64,000 nucleotides of DNA, taken from contig NC_081356.1 of the NCBI RefSeq assembly GCF_030684315.1, positions 16,641,197 through 16,705,196 on the forward strand, given 5' to 3'. A model generated the notes under the pieces. The model searched no databases and had not been told where the DNA came from. It worked only from the letters and a program-made list of their open reading frames with translations. Origin of the DNA: Stegostoma tigrinum. Lineage: Eukaryota. Every line of letters starts with the position of its first letter. The first letter of the stretch is position 1. Position numbers and translations under genes: made by a program. Positions 25,061-39,074 of the stretch are shown here, piece after piece.

Positions 25061-28000
25061 GAAGTGCACAACCAATTAAAAACATCATAAATCACAAATG
25101 TGGATTGCCCTGTTTTATTGCAAACAACTTTTAGAAGATCAGTGAGATTCATTTCATCGAGCAGCAAATGACTGCTGTGTGGAAAATTGCACTAAGTCAG
25201 TGGACAAATTTCTGTTGCTGACCGGCCAAGGGGAGGACAATTTTTTTCCCCCTCATGTACCTGTTATTGCAATAGCCACTATGATGTATTTACTGATGTG
25301 TTCTCCTTTGGCTCTTGAAGATGGTCAATACTGTCACTCTGCACTATCACTCTGAGCCGAACTGCCTAATGGTGTATCAAAGGTGCCAGAATGATTGTGT
25401 GATGAGCCTTTGCCACACTAGGGTGAGCCGTTCTGCTCAGATCCTCTCTACACACACCTTACCCACCAAAGTACACCAGAAATAACCCCCTCTCTGATGT
25501 GGTGAGAATAACGATAAGTACGTTGTGTTAATCAGCCAGGAGACCAAAAATCAAATTCTTGAGTTAAGCTTTCACAATTGTGTGCTCCTTCTTTAGCAAG
25601 AAGGCGATAGGAAGCCTTTATACATGTACTTGTGTCTCATTAATTAACCTATTTGTCAAAATTAATTCTCTCGTTGTAATTATTCCTGGCTCAGTTGAGA
25701 TACTCGACATTTCAGAAACTGGCTGCATAAACCAATTGTGTGTCGTCAGGTCTTCTGCCTCCAGCTGGGGTAAATACACAGCTTTCACAGCCATCTTGTT
25801 CATTTCAAACTCACTGGAGCCACTACAGCTGCAATAGGCACTGGACATTGAATAGGCACAATGTCTTGCTAGATCATCACTCCATCCAACTGGGCGAAGG
25901 TAATGCACCTTCTCAAGTAGCACTTCAGCAGAAAAGCCAACAAGCATTTCTTTCACATGAAGCACTTTAACATGGAAGGGAAGGTAGGCAGGCAAATTGT
26001 CAGACCCAAGAATCATGAAGCAGGAATCCTTTATTCCCATGGCATCCGGTCAATACAAACGGATGGTAATTAAGGTTAAACAAGAACTGTATTACCATGT
26101 GGGTTACATTAGGCTAAGGAATCTCTTCATCTGTCTGCCCTCCCTCCACATGAGAACTGTTTTCACCAAAAATGCTCTGTATTTCCAGTGAGAGTCCATT
26201 CAACTACACTCCAGTTGCCCTCCCTAAACATTGTCATCTGCTGGTGGTGTTCCTGCTCAGAACTGCTCAGCTGCCTTGCTTGTCCACAATCGCCACGGCT
26301 ACCTGCTGCTGCAATTCCCATTACAGAGTGAAGAGGAAATGTGAAAAGGGGGAATGGGTTTGGACATGACATGGTGCTGTGTGAATGTGCCACCAGCTTA
26401 CCTAACAAACACATTAAATGAACTTGAAGAAACAGTGTTGCATGAAAGACAAAAGGGGAAGCATATTCAGTGGGGAAAGTGTGAGTTCCAGTCATTTGGG
26501 AGTTCCATCACATTCAGTCCAGGACCTGGGCTGTTCCAAGTCTAAGGGTTTGGCCACGGTTAGTTGGGCAGTTAATCAGATGCAAATATCTGTGTTGTTA
26601 TGGTCCAGGATTGGGTCACGATCAGTCAGGGGTTTGGGACACGATCAGTCCAGGGTTTGGGACACATCAGTCAGGGCATTCCTGCAAAGTCTTTCTGGGA
26701 GCTGGAGCATAGTCAGCTGGGTAAGGATGATTTATACATGATCTGAAAGTTTTAACAGTCAGTCCATGTTATTGTTGAGGCAGTGGGCAGCTCATATCTA
26801 GGAGGTGGCCTGGTTGTATTCACTGGCTGAGGAACAGTCATAGTGATAGGGTTAATTGTGGATGGTAGGCTGGATTATCAGAAGGGACTGCTTAGAATCA
26901 AAGTGGGGTGGGCGTTGAGAAAATAGTTGTGTTGATTAATGCAGCTTAAACAACACTCAAGAAGAAATTCACCAATGCTCCTAAGACAACCCCTTCCAAT
27001 CCTCCAATTATTACCGTGTAGAAGGACAAGGGTAGCAGACACTTGGGAGTGCCACCAACTACAAGTCCCTCTCCAAGCTGCTCCCCATCCAAACTTGGAA
27101 CTATATCCCTATTCATTGTTGCTGGATCCAAAGTCTTGGAATTCCCTCCATGACAGCACTAAAGGTGTACCTACTCCAAACTGACTGCAGCAATTCAGAT
27201 GGCAGCTCACCACCATCTTCTTGAAGGTGATTAGGGATGGCCCATAAATGCCGGCCCAGCCAACGTCACCCATACTCCTGAATATATTTTTAAAAATCAA
27301 CTGTGTAAAACGGCTTTCAACATTGACAAAGTAGCACCCAAAGGGCAAGGACCAAGTCACTAGGACTGAAAGACATCAGATTGCAGCTGTCATATCCTGC
27401 TCAAGACAAAGTCTGCTGGGAGACGATTTTTGTGGTAAGCTTGTTGTGGAAGGGAAGTGGGTGGCAAAGGTCCTCCTGGCAGCTGCTTCATTGCCAAGGC
27501 CAAATGGACGCTTTCTTGGGTCACCTTACATGAGGTGAGGATGGAAAATGTGCACGGACAGGAATATCATCAGGCTTGAAGGGAATTCTTTCCCTCCTGG
27601 ATCCTTAGATACATTACAGATTCCATCAGCACACTCATAAACGGAACACCTAGATTTAACCCACTGGATATCCCAGGCTTTGACTTCTCCCCTATGTCTT
27701 ATTGTCACCCTTAGTGTCTTTGATTGATTGGATTGTAGTCAAAGCTCAACAGATGACAATGTACTCATGGAGTTTAGAAGAATGAGAGGAAACATTTCAG
27801 TTCATGGGGGCTTGACAGAATAGATACAGAGATGTTGTTTTCCTTTGTGGGAGAGTTTAGAGTTTAGTAGTGCTTCTGTGGATTTCTTTACTTCAGAGTC
27901 CTCGGGAGGCTTAAAGTATATTCAAAGCTGAGATAGACATATTTTTAATCAGCAACGGATTAAAGAGTTATGGGGCTAAGGTACGAAAGTGGAGTTGAGG

Positions 28001-28099
28001 ATCATTAGATCATCCATAATTGAATGGCTGAGAAAACTTGATGGACTAAATGGCCTACTTCTGCTCCTACATCGAATGGACTTACAGACTAAGAATACA

Positions 28100-28700
28100 A
28101 CCAGATGAGTGTAATCTCACTGACCTGATGGTGATGGAGTGGTTTCAGGGGTGGATGGTAAAAGGCCGCAAATGAGTTATGAAGGACGAAGAGGGGTTGT
28201 TTGCCTTCACAACTATTGTAAAGGATGTCATCTCTGACTTCAGTAAAAGCAGTTTCAGTTATGAGCTGAAAGTAATTGGAGGGTTATGGACAAGGCATTC
28301 CTGGAAGGATGGGTATGAATATTGAAGACAATATGTTCAAGGACTTTTGAGAGGAACAAGAGTCTGGAGATAGCATGGCAGTTTACAAGGATGATGGAGA
28401 TAGTATTTTTTTTGAAGATAGGAATATTGTCATCTGATACGAGGAGCAAAGGCCAGAACTTGAAGAAGGAGAACAGTTTACAACACCAGCTGACATGGAA
28501 GTCAAGAAGGGAAGTTGTGCACTCAGTAGTTTTGTGAGGATAGCATCAAGAGAGCAGTAGGTGGATCTTATGGTCAACATCAACTTCAATAGGGCATGGG
28601 GGAGGGGGGTTAGGAGTAAAACCGCAGAAAGATACAAGTTCAAGGTTAGGGAATGGGGAAACATTAGAAGTTAGCTTGATGGTCTAAGGGAAGGGGGAAA
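28100..28700 (-). mobile_element. Degenerate L2-like LINE RT fragment
   Basis: Minus-strand CSLDAILTKLL..LP.L, IPIFKK, ISRL.FLSKVLEHIV. Confidence 0.6.
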
Positions 28701-30980
28701 ATGGCATAGGAAGCTGTTCAGATGGTCTTAATCTCTTTAACAAACAAATCTACTAGCTCTTTGCACATAGTCTTTGGACTGAGGCTGGAAAAGACAGAGA
28801 AGGCAACTTGCAGTCGAGAAAAGGAGCCAGATGTTAACATTGCACTCAAGATGACTCTGGAATAGTTAGCACTCTAAGAGGAGAAGATTAGGCCCAGCAG
28901 TGCTTCATGTGGTTCATGTAGATCTGGCAATAAATATCTAAACCAGTTGTCTACCACATCCATTCAAAACTGCGAGACTTGGACTTAAGAGAGTGGAGGT
29001 GAAGGCTATACTGTAGTGAATGACCAAGCAATATTTAGATTTAGGTTGTATTGTCACATGTAGTCAAGTATAGGCTACGAGAGTACAGTGAAAAGTATAT
29101 AATGTCACCACACAAAGCACCACCTTAGGAACAAAGTATCTTGTTACAAAATCTTAGTTACAGAACTAGAAAAATAAAGAAATAAGTTAAAATGTCAAAC
29201 ATTACAGTCCTTTCTTAAGCCTGTAGATGCTCCAGACTGGACTTTCCCCAAGAGGGCTCATTCTCCCACACGCTGCGCGTGATTTCACTCACACTGGGCG
29301 AAGACCCACCTGGGTGCACCAGGCTTCACCGCCGCTCGCAAGACTTCAGCCCTGACCTCTGTATTACCAATCACTGCCACTGCCACCATCCCTTATGGCT
29401 GACTGCCTCTCCTACCATGCTTCGTCACCAAGCTACTGCCACCAACTGGTATCGCGCCGTGCCCTAGCCACTCCCACGCTTTGTTGCTGCCACTGCCTCC
29501 ACAGCCTCCAAAAGGGAAGTAGGAAACACTACAAACTAAAAATAACGACTGAAAAGAGAAGAAAAACAAATGAAAGTGGGTGAAATGGATGAGATCCAGT
29601 CTCAGGCGCCCAGGCACTGCCTACTCCATGCCGCATCTTGAAACATTTCAAATTACCAGACCCGTTCATGGCTCATTCAGTCAAAAACAGGAATAAATTC
29701 ATTTACAAACACTAATGAACCTCTTAACTCATGCTGTCATAATCAGGTTCAGAGAGACTAAAGGTTTTAGTTAGGACTAAGGCAGAAACAGTGATGGTGA
29801 AAGTGCAACCACACAAATCAACAGCTGCAGAAATGTTGCGTTGAACAGAGGGCCAGCGGTAGACCGGTAGGATTTTGAAACTACCACTGTGGGTGAAATG
29901 GGAGGGAATATTTTCCTGGGGCAGATACAGAAGGAGGGTGCGTGCATGTAACTTTATCAATGAGGCAGAACAAAGTGAGAAGGTTGTGAAAATTTATGTG
30001 ATACTCAGCAATACCAATAGAAGATTGGCATTCAAAGGCAAAAGAATTATGCTAAATCTTTATGAAATGCCGTTTCGACTTGTCTGTAAGTATTGTGTTC
30101 ACTGCTGGGCACCACACCTTAGAAAGTATGTTAAAGTCTTAGTGAGTATGTGCAGGAAGGATTGACTGGAATGGTCCAAGAAATGAGGGCCTTCCATTAT
30201 GTGGTGAGTCTGGAGAGTTGTGGTTGTTCTTTAAAGAAGAATAGGATATTTAATAGAAATGTTAAAATTACTAATGGTTTTGATAGAGTAAAAAAGTAAC
30301 ATCTGTATATCGTGGTGAAAAGGTTGGGAATCAAGGCGACAGATTTAGTGCGATTAGCAAAGGACCCAGAGCAAGCATATTTTTTATATCTCCAGTTGTT
30401 GTGATCTGGAGTGCTCTTTCTGAAAGGGTCATAAGACATATTCAGCCGTAAATTCAAAAAGTTCAGCTTGAAGGAAACACCTGGCAGGATCGTGAAGAAA
30501 GAACTAAGGATTAGGTAGCTCTACCAAAAACCAAACCAAATGGCTTCATTCTCCACAGTGCCTTTCTTTGGCTGTATGGTGAGGACAGTCTAATCTTTGC
30601 ACAACCAGAGGATTGATATCTGGAATGGACTCACCAGGGTAAGGCTAAAGGCAAAAGAAAAAGAGTTAAGCAGGTGCACTTGACAAACTGTCTGGTACTA
30701 TGAAAGGATTGGGGTGGGGGGGAACGTTGAATGATCTCCTACTTCTTCAACTGTGACAGGAAATATCCAGTTGTTTTGGGGATTTTGGCCCTGAGAGTTA
30801 CACTTGTTGAGCAAAGAGCTCAATAGCCATGGGAAAATAAATCTTAAAAGCTATGCCTTCTATCTGCTGCCCACACCCAGTGCTTGAATTGTTTTAAACA
30901 GGTATACTGTTCCAGCAACTGTTGTACAAATACAAGGTAATGCTTTTATTGATACGAACTGTGCTTGTTTCTACATTCAG

Positions 30981-31959
30981 GTTCAAAATAGCGCTGTCGT
31001 CTCTGATGCTGTTAACCCAAAGAGTAACATCAACGTCATTGGACATTCATGAGGGCAAAATCAAGATCCCAGCTCAAATAATACAGCAACATCGCTTTGA
31101 CACTGAAATTCTCTCTTATTCATTCCCATTCTTCAGCTACATGATATATTTCCCTACACTGCTTGGAGGGCCTCTGTGTTCTTTTCAAATGTACAAGATT
31201 CACATGGAAAACCTTAAGAAGTCTGATCAGAAAAGCATTGCCAAACCCTTGTGGTCTTTCTTTTACAAGTGCATCCTATTTTTTGTGTTGAATATGCTGA
31301 GAGTGTCTGTAAGGAATTGTGTTAGTGTTATTAAACATAGTGACAAAAGATCCCTTCAATGGGATGTTCCTAATGATATTTTCATGATTTGGGCAACAGC
31401 TTTGATGTTCAAATTAGCATATTACTCTCAATGGCTTCTCAGTGAATCTCTTAACAATCTAGTTGGCCTGGGGTTGGAAAATGGCAGCAATCAACAGTCT
31501 GCCCTCTCAGACACTGATATCTGGACACTAGAGACAACTAATAAGATATCTGAGTTTGTTCGAGTATGGAACAAAACCACAGCTGGTTGGCTAAGGAGAA
31601 TGGTGTTTCAACGTAGCAAACTTCAGCCTTTTATATCAACATTTGCGTTTTCAGCTTGGTGGCATGGCCTTCACCCAGCCCAGGTCTTTGGATTTACCTT
31701 GTGTGCTGCCACTGTAAAAGTGGACTATCGAGTTCACCAATATATGGGCCCACTCACTGCACAGTCAAGGCTTCTAAGACTATTCTACAAAGTCATGACG
31801 TGGATGCAAACTCAACTAGTAATTGCATACATTTTAGTAGCTGTGGAGTTGAGGACCTTTTCTTGTGTGCTGGAGATGTGCAAGTCTGTCTGTGCTGTCA
31901 GCCCATTAGTGTATGTACTGATGCTAATAGGTATGCCAAACAAGCCAAGTAAAAATTAA
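30981..31959 (+). CDS. MBOAT4: Ghrelin O-acyltransferase, coding exon 3 (MBOAT catalytic region)
   Basis: Acceptor cattcag|G; LSSLMLLTQRVTS.SLDIHEG, FP.LLGGPLCSF, conserved Asn (RVWNKTT..WLRR) and catalytic His (FSAWWHGLHP). Spliced CDS is 128+225+979=1332 nt, 443 aa. Confidence 0.95.
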
Positions 31960-34109
31960 AAAGTTTACCATGTACACTGTGTTCCTTTCATCTAATTAAT
32001 GTGGTATCACGTGATTTTCAAATCATTTGGTCTTATCATAAATGTTTGAAGAATATGGATGTTCTTGTGAATTAAAAACACTAATGTGCCAGTCTTCCTA
32101 GTCTGTTCAGCAAGTTGGCATGTTAGATGTGCTCCTAGTGGCAACAGGGGTGGAGGGGGTGAGGTAGGTGCACAGATTCCTCCTGACCCAGTGAGCCTTG
32201 GAATGTACACATTAGTATCTCTGCCTATGCTTTTCCACAGTCCAGGCATCCATTTCCCCAGCCTGGGGTATCAATTCATCCAAACGGCCACCTTTTAAAC
32301 AGATCTAATCCCCTAACAAGATCTTTTCACTCTGGTTTTGTGAAATACGTGTTTCCATTTAACAATACTCAGAACTCTTGTTAAAAATTCTAGAAACGAG
32401 TCTAATTCAGCTCCTGTATTCTTCAAAAACATTGAGGCAATTATCTCATTTGTGAATCTTACCCACCGTGAGAATGGAGACCCCAGTATATAAAATAATT
32501 ACTTCATCATGGAATGAAAGAACATTCAGATGGTAACATAATAATTACAGCAAAATGCTATTTATTATAAACAATTCAATGTAGTTAGCATTCCTGGTCC
32601 TTAAATTGTATACAGCCCTCCTTGTGTTATTTTAATCTTAGAATCTTGTATTCTGGCTATCATACTTATTTATTTATTCATAGAACCATAAAATCCATAC
32701 AGTGCAGAATGAAGCCATTTGGTCCATCACATCTGATGGGCCACTCCAAAGAGCATCCCTCACAAACTCATATCCCCATAATTCTGCATTTACCATGGCT
32801 AATCCATTTAGTCAGCATATCCCTATACACTATGGAGCAATTAACATGGCCAATCAACCTAGTCCCATAATTTTCTTATTCACCTGCATAAAAATTCTTG
32901 TGTTCAGATATTTTTTGCTCATCACACTCCAGCCATCACACCACCACATCTTAGCACCATCATTGCAGATGTCAGTCTTCAGCCAATTCAATTAATTTCA
33001 TCTGAAAACAAGAAACACCAACTGCAAAGCCTATGAACCCTGATAACAAAACAGCTTCAATGCTAAACATCTTTGCTCCAATCTAGGCACACCACTAGCC
33101 GAGAAGTTCCAATCCTGCTATAGTACTGGTAACAATCTGACAAAGTTGGAACTATGCTCAGGTCTGTCTTGACAAATCCAATCAAGGTAATAATCCTGTC
33201 AGGCCACTCTTAATCATCAGCAAAGTGATGCAAGGTCTCAGCAAGTGACACTCACTGATTCTAATTTTCTTTTATTTATTCATGGAAAGTGGGCATTCTG
33301 ACAAGGCCAGCATTTATCGCACATTCCTTATTGAGAAGTGTTGGTGAGCTTCCTTCTAGAATTCCGCAATCCATAGAGGTAGAAATAGCACCAATGCTAA
33401 TAGGAAAAAGTTCCAGGTGTTTGATCCATTGACAGCGAAGGAATGGTAGTATGGTTTCAAGCCGGGACGGGATATGGTTTTGAAGGGAATTTGCAAGTGG
33501 TGGGGCTGCTCCTCTTTTCTTTCCAAGCTGATGAAAAAACCTTGTTGAGTTGCTGCACTGCACTAGTAGACGGTGTGTCAGCTGTGAAGAAAATAAATGT
33601 TTAAGGTGGTGGATGGGATGCAAATAGAGTGAGATGGTTTATCCTGGATGGTGTTGAGCTTCTTGAATGTTGTTAAGAGCTGCATTCATTGCAGGAGAAA
33701 GGAAATTATTCTATTGCTTCTGCCTTGTAGATCATGTGCAGGCTTTGGGGAGGCGGATTACTTAGGCAGGTGAGTCACTTACCACAGAATTCCCAACCTC
33801 CGACCTTCTCCTGTAGCCATTGCATTAATATGGCTGATCCAGTTCAATTTCTGATCAATAGAATCTACCAGGATGTTGACAGTTGGAGAGTCCGGAATGT
33901 CACCACATTTTCATGGTGTGAATATTACGTGGCACTTAACAACCCATTGTAAATATTATCCAGTTTTTGTAGGAGTGCTTCTCTTGAGAGCTGTGTTTTT
34001 GATTTTTAAGGACTTTTTTTTGATTTTCTCATTTCTTATTAATTAATTTCCTTTTTCAAACTCATTAATTAATTTATTAGACATTGGAACCACACAGTAA
34101 CAATACCTT

Positions 34110-34450
34110 CTGTATTTGTATTGATATGTAGAGTATCTGGACTCACAGATATGGGATTAGAAGAATTCATCAGTATTCTCAATAATTATTAATATTCCAT
34201 TAAAATTAAACAGAGGGATAACATTAATTTCTTAGACACCATAGTATTTACATTGGTGAATGACAACTAGCATAAATTAACACTTTTTTTTCAAATTCGC
34301 TGACATACACACTTCTACACATAAAAAGCTATCACCCTAAACATACCTTCTGCAGACTGGAGAGGTCACAACTAATGTGTTTCTGTTGCATCTGCAAAAT
34401 ACCTGGAGGTTTTTAACAGGCTGTTACTCTTCTATACTATGCAGTTACTA
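34110..34450 (+). mobile_element. Highly decayed Penelope-type RT/thumb fragment
   Basis: Frameshifted remnants resembling IWTH, EEFISILNN, INFLDT, D(T)HTLLH..SYHPKHTF..SQL. Confidence 0.5.
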
Positions 34451-34634
34451 TACTGCCTCTCCATTTTAAAATTAATACTTGACACAACGTTGATTGCAAT
34501 AGCATCTGGGGCATTCTTCCCCAAATAATAGCCCCTGAAATTAAACCTTAAGCTGAAAATTCCCTACTCAATTCCAAACAATAAGGATTTCATGTTTTGC
34601 TACCCCCCGCCGCCAGTTGGCAGATTATTCCCCT

Positions 34635-35205
34635 GGGACGTCATGCTGCAACTGTACAAAACGCTAGTTTTGGAATATTGCGGGCAGTTCTGGTCACACC
34701 ATTACAAGGAAGGATGTGGGAGCATTGGAAAAGGTGCAGAGGAGATTTACCAGGATGTTGCCTAGTCTGGAGCGCAGGCCCTATGAAGAAAGTCTGAGGG
34801 ACATGGGTCTGTTCTCACTGGAAAGAAGGAGGCTGAGAGGGGATTTAATAGAGACACGGAAGATGATTAGAGGATTAGATAGGGTGGACAGTGAGAGTCT
34901 TTTTCCGAGGATGATGACTTCAGCTTGTGCAAGGGGGCATAGCTACAAATTGAGGGGTGATAGATTTAAGACAGATGTCAGAGGCAGGTTCTTTACTCAG
35001 AGAGTGGTAAGGGCATGGAATGCCCTGCCTGCCAATGTAGTTAACTCAGCCACATTAGGGGCATTTAAACAGTCCTTGGATAAGCATATGGATGATGATG
35101 GGATAGTGTAGGGGGATGGGGTTAGATTAGTCCACAGGTCAGCGCAACATTGAGGGCTGAAGGGCCTGTTCTGCGCTGTATTGTTCTACGTTCTATGTTC
35201 TATGA
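34635..35205 (+). mobile_element. Young CR1 LINE 3' fragment
   Basis: ORF 34716..35111 (ALEKVQRRFTRMLP..FSLERRRLRGDLIE..RGHSYKL..FFTQRVVRAWNALP); (ttctatg)n tail. Confidence 0.92.
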
Positions 35206-35537
35206 ATATTTTAAAATGTTTTCTCTCCTTTGCAGCTTCCCCTCAGCACCTTTCTCTATTCCCTCCCTTGCAGTATTCTTCCTCCCTGCTACAGCCACCC
35301 AGATCTCTGTTTTTACCCTCTCTCTACCTTCTTTCTTATTGCACCCTTCCCACCATTGGAGCCTCTTTCTTCTGCCATCCTTCTCAGAGCTCCTATCTTC
35401 CCACCCTTCCTATGGTAGCCTCTTCTCCCAACTCCCCTGACCCAACTCACTACAGAATCTATCAGCAACTAACATGAGAGATAAACAGCTTGCAATTATG
35501 AGAGCTATTCATCACCACGTCTGTCTGTTCCAGGTAT

Positions 35538-35770
35538 AGAATCTCTACAGTGTGGAAATAGGCCATTCAACCCATTGTGTCACACCAACCCTTTGAAGAG
35601 TATCACACCCAAAGCCACCTCCTACCCTATTCCTGTGAGCCTATATTTCCCATGGCTAATCTACCTAATCTTAACATCTGCGGGCACTCCACACAGACAG
35701 CCATCTGAGGGCAGAATCAAACCTGGATCCTTGGCGCTGTGAGGTGGCAGTGCTAATCACTGTGCCACAA
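35538..35770 (-). mobile_element. HE1/V-SINE, internally deleted
   Basis: Minus-strand head ggcacagtgattagcactgccacctcacagcgccaaggatccaggtttgattc. Confidence 0.75.
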
Positions 35771-36224
35771 ACACCGAGCTATGCAAACATTTTTCTGGTT
35801 GATCACTCTTGTGATTGGGTTTTCAAGGGAAGATTTAGGGACTTTTGGGTCAAATTCACCTCTCACCCCTGTGTATATTGAATGCCAATGTGGAGATTGA
35901 CTGCTTTAGCTGTCTGAGGTGTCATGAACAGTGCAGAACATTGTTCAATTATCAGTAAATGATCTTGTGATGGACCAAGGTATATTGATGAAGCAGTTGA
36001 GGATGGTTGGGCCAATAACACTATCCTTTTTCTTAGTAAAAGGCTCTTGTGATGCACTGGTAGTGTCCCAACATCTGAGCCAGAAGGCCTAGGTTCAGAT
36101 CCCGCCTGATCCAGAGATGTGTAACTTTCATTCCAAACAGATTGATTGGAAAGTATCTGCCCTGTAGAACCTCTGCAGCAACGTTCTCGGACCGAGATAA
36201 ATGGTCTCCAATGACTACAAATGT

Positions 36225-36960
36225 CTTAGAGTCACAGAGTCCTACAGCATGGAGATAGGCCCTTCAGCCCAAACTGGCCCATGCCAACAAAATGTCCATC
36301 AATGCTAACCCCATTTTATCTGCACTTTGCCCATATCCGTTCCTATCCATGTATTTGTCCAAACACTTTTTAAATGTTGTTAATATACCCACCTCAACAA
36401 CTTCCACTGGCAGCTCATTCATACGTACCATCCACATGTAAAATAGTTGCCCCCCATGTTCCCTTGTATTCTTTCCACTCTTGCCTTAAACTGATGCCCT
36501 CTAGACTTCAGTTCCCCAACCCTGGAAAAAAGACAGTGCATTCACACTACCCACACCTCTCATGCTCTTGTGCACTTCTATAAGATCCCCCTTCAGTCTT
36601 CTATGCTTTAAAGAGAAAGCCCTAGCTTGTCCAACTTCTCCCTATAGCTCAGTCTCTTGAGTCCTGGTGGCAACTTTGTAAATTTTTTCTGCACTCTTTC
36701 CAATTTAATAACATACTTCCTGTAGCAAGGTGACCAAAACTAAACACAATGCTCCAAGTGTGGCCTCACCAACATCCTGTACAACTGCAACATAACTCTC
36801 CAACTTCTATACTCAATGCCCTGACTGTTGAAGACCAGTATGCCAAAAGTCGTTTTCATTGCCCTGTCTACCTATGATTTCAGTTTCAGAGAACCATGCA
36901 CCTGAACTCCAAGATCCCTCTGTTCCATTACACTCCCTACCATTCACCATGAGATGTCTT
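36225..36960 (-). mobile_element. CR1 LINE 3' fragment
   Basis: Reverse complement has LVRPHLEHCV.FWSPCYRK and the CR1 3' UTR. Confidence 0.8.
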
Positions 36961-38369
36961 GATTTGTACTAGATAACCAAACAATGGAAAGTTTTCTCCC
37001 TGATTCCCATTACTTCAGTTTTGCTAGGGCTCCTTGACATCAAATCCTACCTTGATGTCAAGGGTAGTCACTCATTTTTTTTTAAAAAAGCACACAGGCT
37101 CTGAAACTGTCGAGAAGACCAACCAGAATTCTGATCCACTGCTTGAAAAAAGCCACCTCAGTACACAACAGGGCCTCTGTGCCTGGAATGCCTTCAGTTC
37201 TTATACATATGAAATCTTAGTTTGTTGCACATGCAAAATAACTCTAAAGGAAAGGCAGAAAGTCAATCTTTGACCCTGGGGCCTGACATTAAAAAGCTCT
37301 AACCAAGCAGTTTATAAGTAGATGCAAGTACCTGAATTAGCCTCATCCAAGCATAAAGGTGTTGGGCAGATTAGCACTGCATTTCTTGCAAACCCAAAAT
37401 AGCTTTTGCAGATTATAGGACAGAACTATGTTGATAATAAACATTACAAGTTAATTCTAGACTTCAGACAGCACACAAACCTAGTTCTGAAGAAGGGTCC
37501 CTGGACTCAAAACATTAACTCTATTTCTCTCTTCGCAGATGCCGCCAGAACTGCTGAGTTCCTTCAGCAGTTTTTGTTTCAGTTGTTTCTATTATTGTAC
37601 TTCCTGCTTCTTTGACTGATGAACCAGTCACTAATTAGAAGCCACAGAAACAATCAGAGAATTCGCAATGATAAACTGACCGAGATTAACTCAATGCCAA
37701 GGCACAGTCTAAACATTTGCGATCAATTTTATATCTTTACTGTGACAGTTGTTCTTTGAATATTGGATTCATATTTTGCTTCTTCACCAGATATTTTAAC
37801 AGAATCAAAACATCTCACTCCAGAAAATGTTACACAAAGCAGTCAATGTGTGAAATCCAATTTAGGAATATAAGTGTAAACTTTTTCAGTCTAATCTTAT
37901 GACTTTATTATAGTCATGGCATATGACAATCTGATTGGGAATTGTTTTCTCTGAGTTCCTAAAGCGGATTTACAACTGATCATCTCAATTATTTTTCAAA
38001 GTATAAACACTGTCCATGAGCCTGCCTTTATAATTTCAGCGTCTAACACTGAAGAACTCCTAACTACAATATCAATTCCATGACATGGTCTTTGTTTTGG
38101 GTCCAAAACCTGTGTTAACATTGCAACCACTCTATTCATGAATTTATTGAATTGAATTAGCTTTATTGTCACTGTGCTCAAATTATTACAGTGAAAAGTT
38201 TACAGGTGACCACATTACTCATACCGCGCCATCTTGGATACAAACGTATCTAGGCACAGATACTTAAGATCCAATTCTCGGGGAACAAAATTAAAGAAAG
38301 GTGAATAAATAAATAGACCAGCATTGCGGGTCACAGGAATTAATTAGAAAAATAAAGAAGCCAAAAGTT

Positions 38370-38812
38370 CAGAGTATCAGGGAATGGAAGGGAGACTTGC
38401 AGTGGTTTGTGACCGGAAGGTGTTGTCGTTTGTTGCGAACAGAGCGCAAGTGCTCTACAGAGCAGTCTCCAAGAGTCCGCGTGGTCTCATTGATGTAGAG
38501 GAGGTCACATGGGGGACAACGGATGCAATAGACCTGCCCCCACACCAAACAAACGCTCCACATCAGACAAAGGTTCACCTGCACATCTGCTAACATGGTC
38601 TATTGCATCCGCTGCTCCCGATGTGGCCTCCTCTACATTGGGGAGTCCCAGCAGAGGCTCGGAGACTGCTTTGTCGAGGACCAATGCTCTGTTCGGGACA
38701 AACGACAACACCTTCCAGTCATTAACCATTTCAGCTCCCCCTCCCACTCCCACTGGGCAACATGTCCATCCTGGGCCTCCTCCAGTGTCACAATGATGCC
38801 ACCCAGAAACTA
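38370..38812. mobile_element. Two Penelope-like GIY-YIG fragments joined head to head
   Basis: Minus-strand VYCIRCPPCDLLYINET..EHLRSV (38369..38596) abuts plus-strand VYCIRCSRCGLLYIGES (38595..38813). Confidence 0.8.
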
Positions 38813-39074
38813 GAACATAGAACATAGAATCCCCTTGGTGTTCAGAGATGTGTGGCCTGGGTGGGTTGTAGGGGGATGGGTCTGGGTGGGATGCTCTGGG
38901 ATTTGCTGTGGATTTGTTGGGCAGAAGGGCCTATTTCCACACTGTAGGGATTCTGCATTCCATTCTAATATCCTGATGAACTTGTATGTGGTAAGATCTG
39001 CCTGGATAGCACGCAAAACAATGCTTTTCACTGTGACGGCCATGTGACGATAACCAAATAAAATCAAATCTAAT

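Noticed and set aside
25618-26040. 140-aa minus-strand ORF inside MBOAT4 intron 2
   Set aside because: No recognisable motif or splice context; probably chance or a decayed repeat.
26615-26677. Short ~23-bp direct repeats resembling a repeat-spacer array
   Set aside because: Only 2-3 adjacent units without unique spacers in a eukaryotic intron; simple tandem duplication, not CRISPR.
30922-30980. N-terminal part of the 345-aa ORF in the track
   Set aside because: Intronic; the exon starts at the 30981 acceptor and splices from exon 2.
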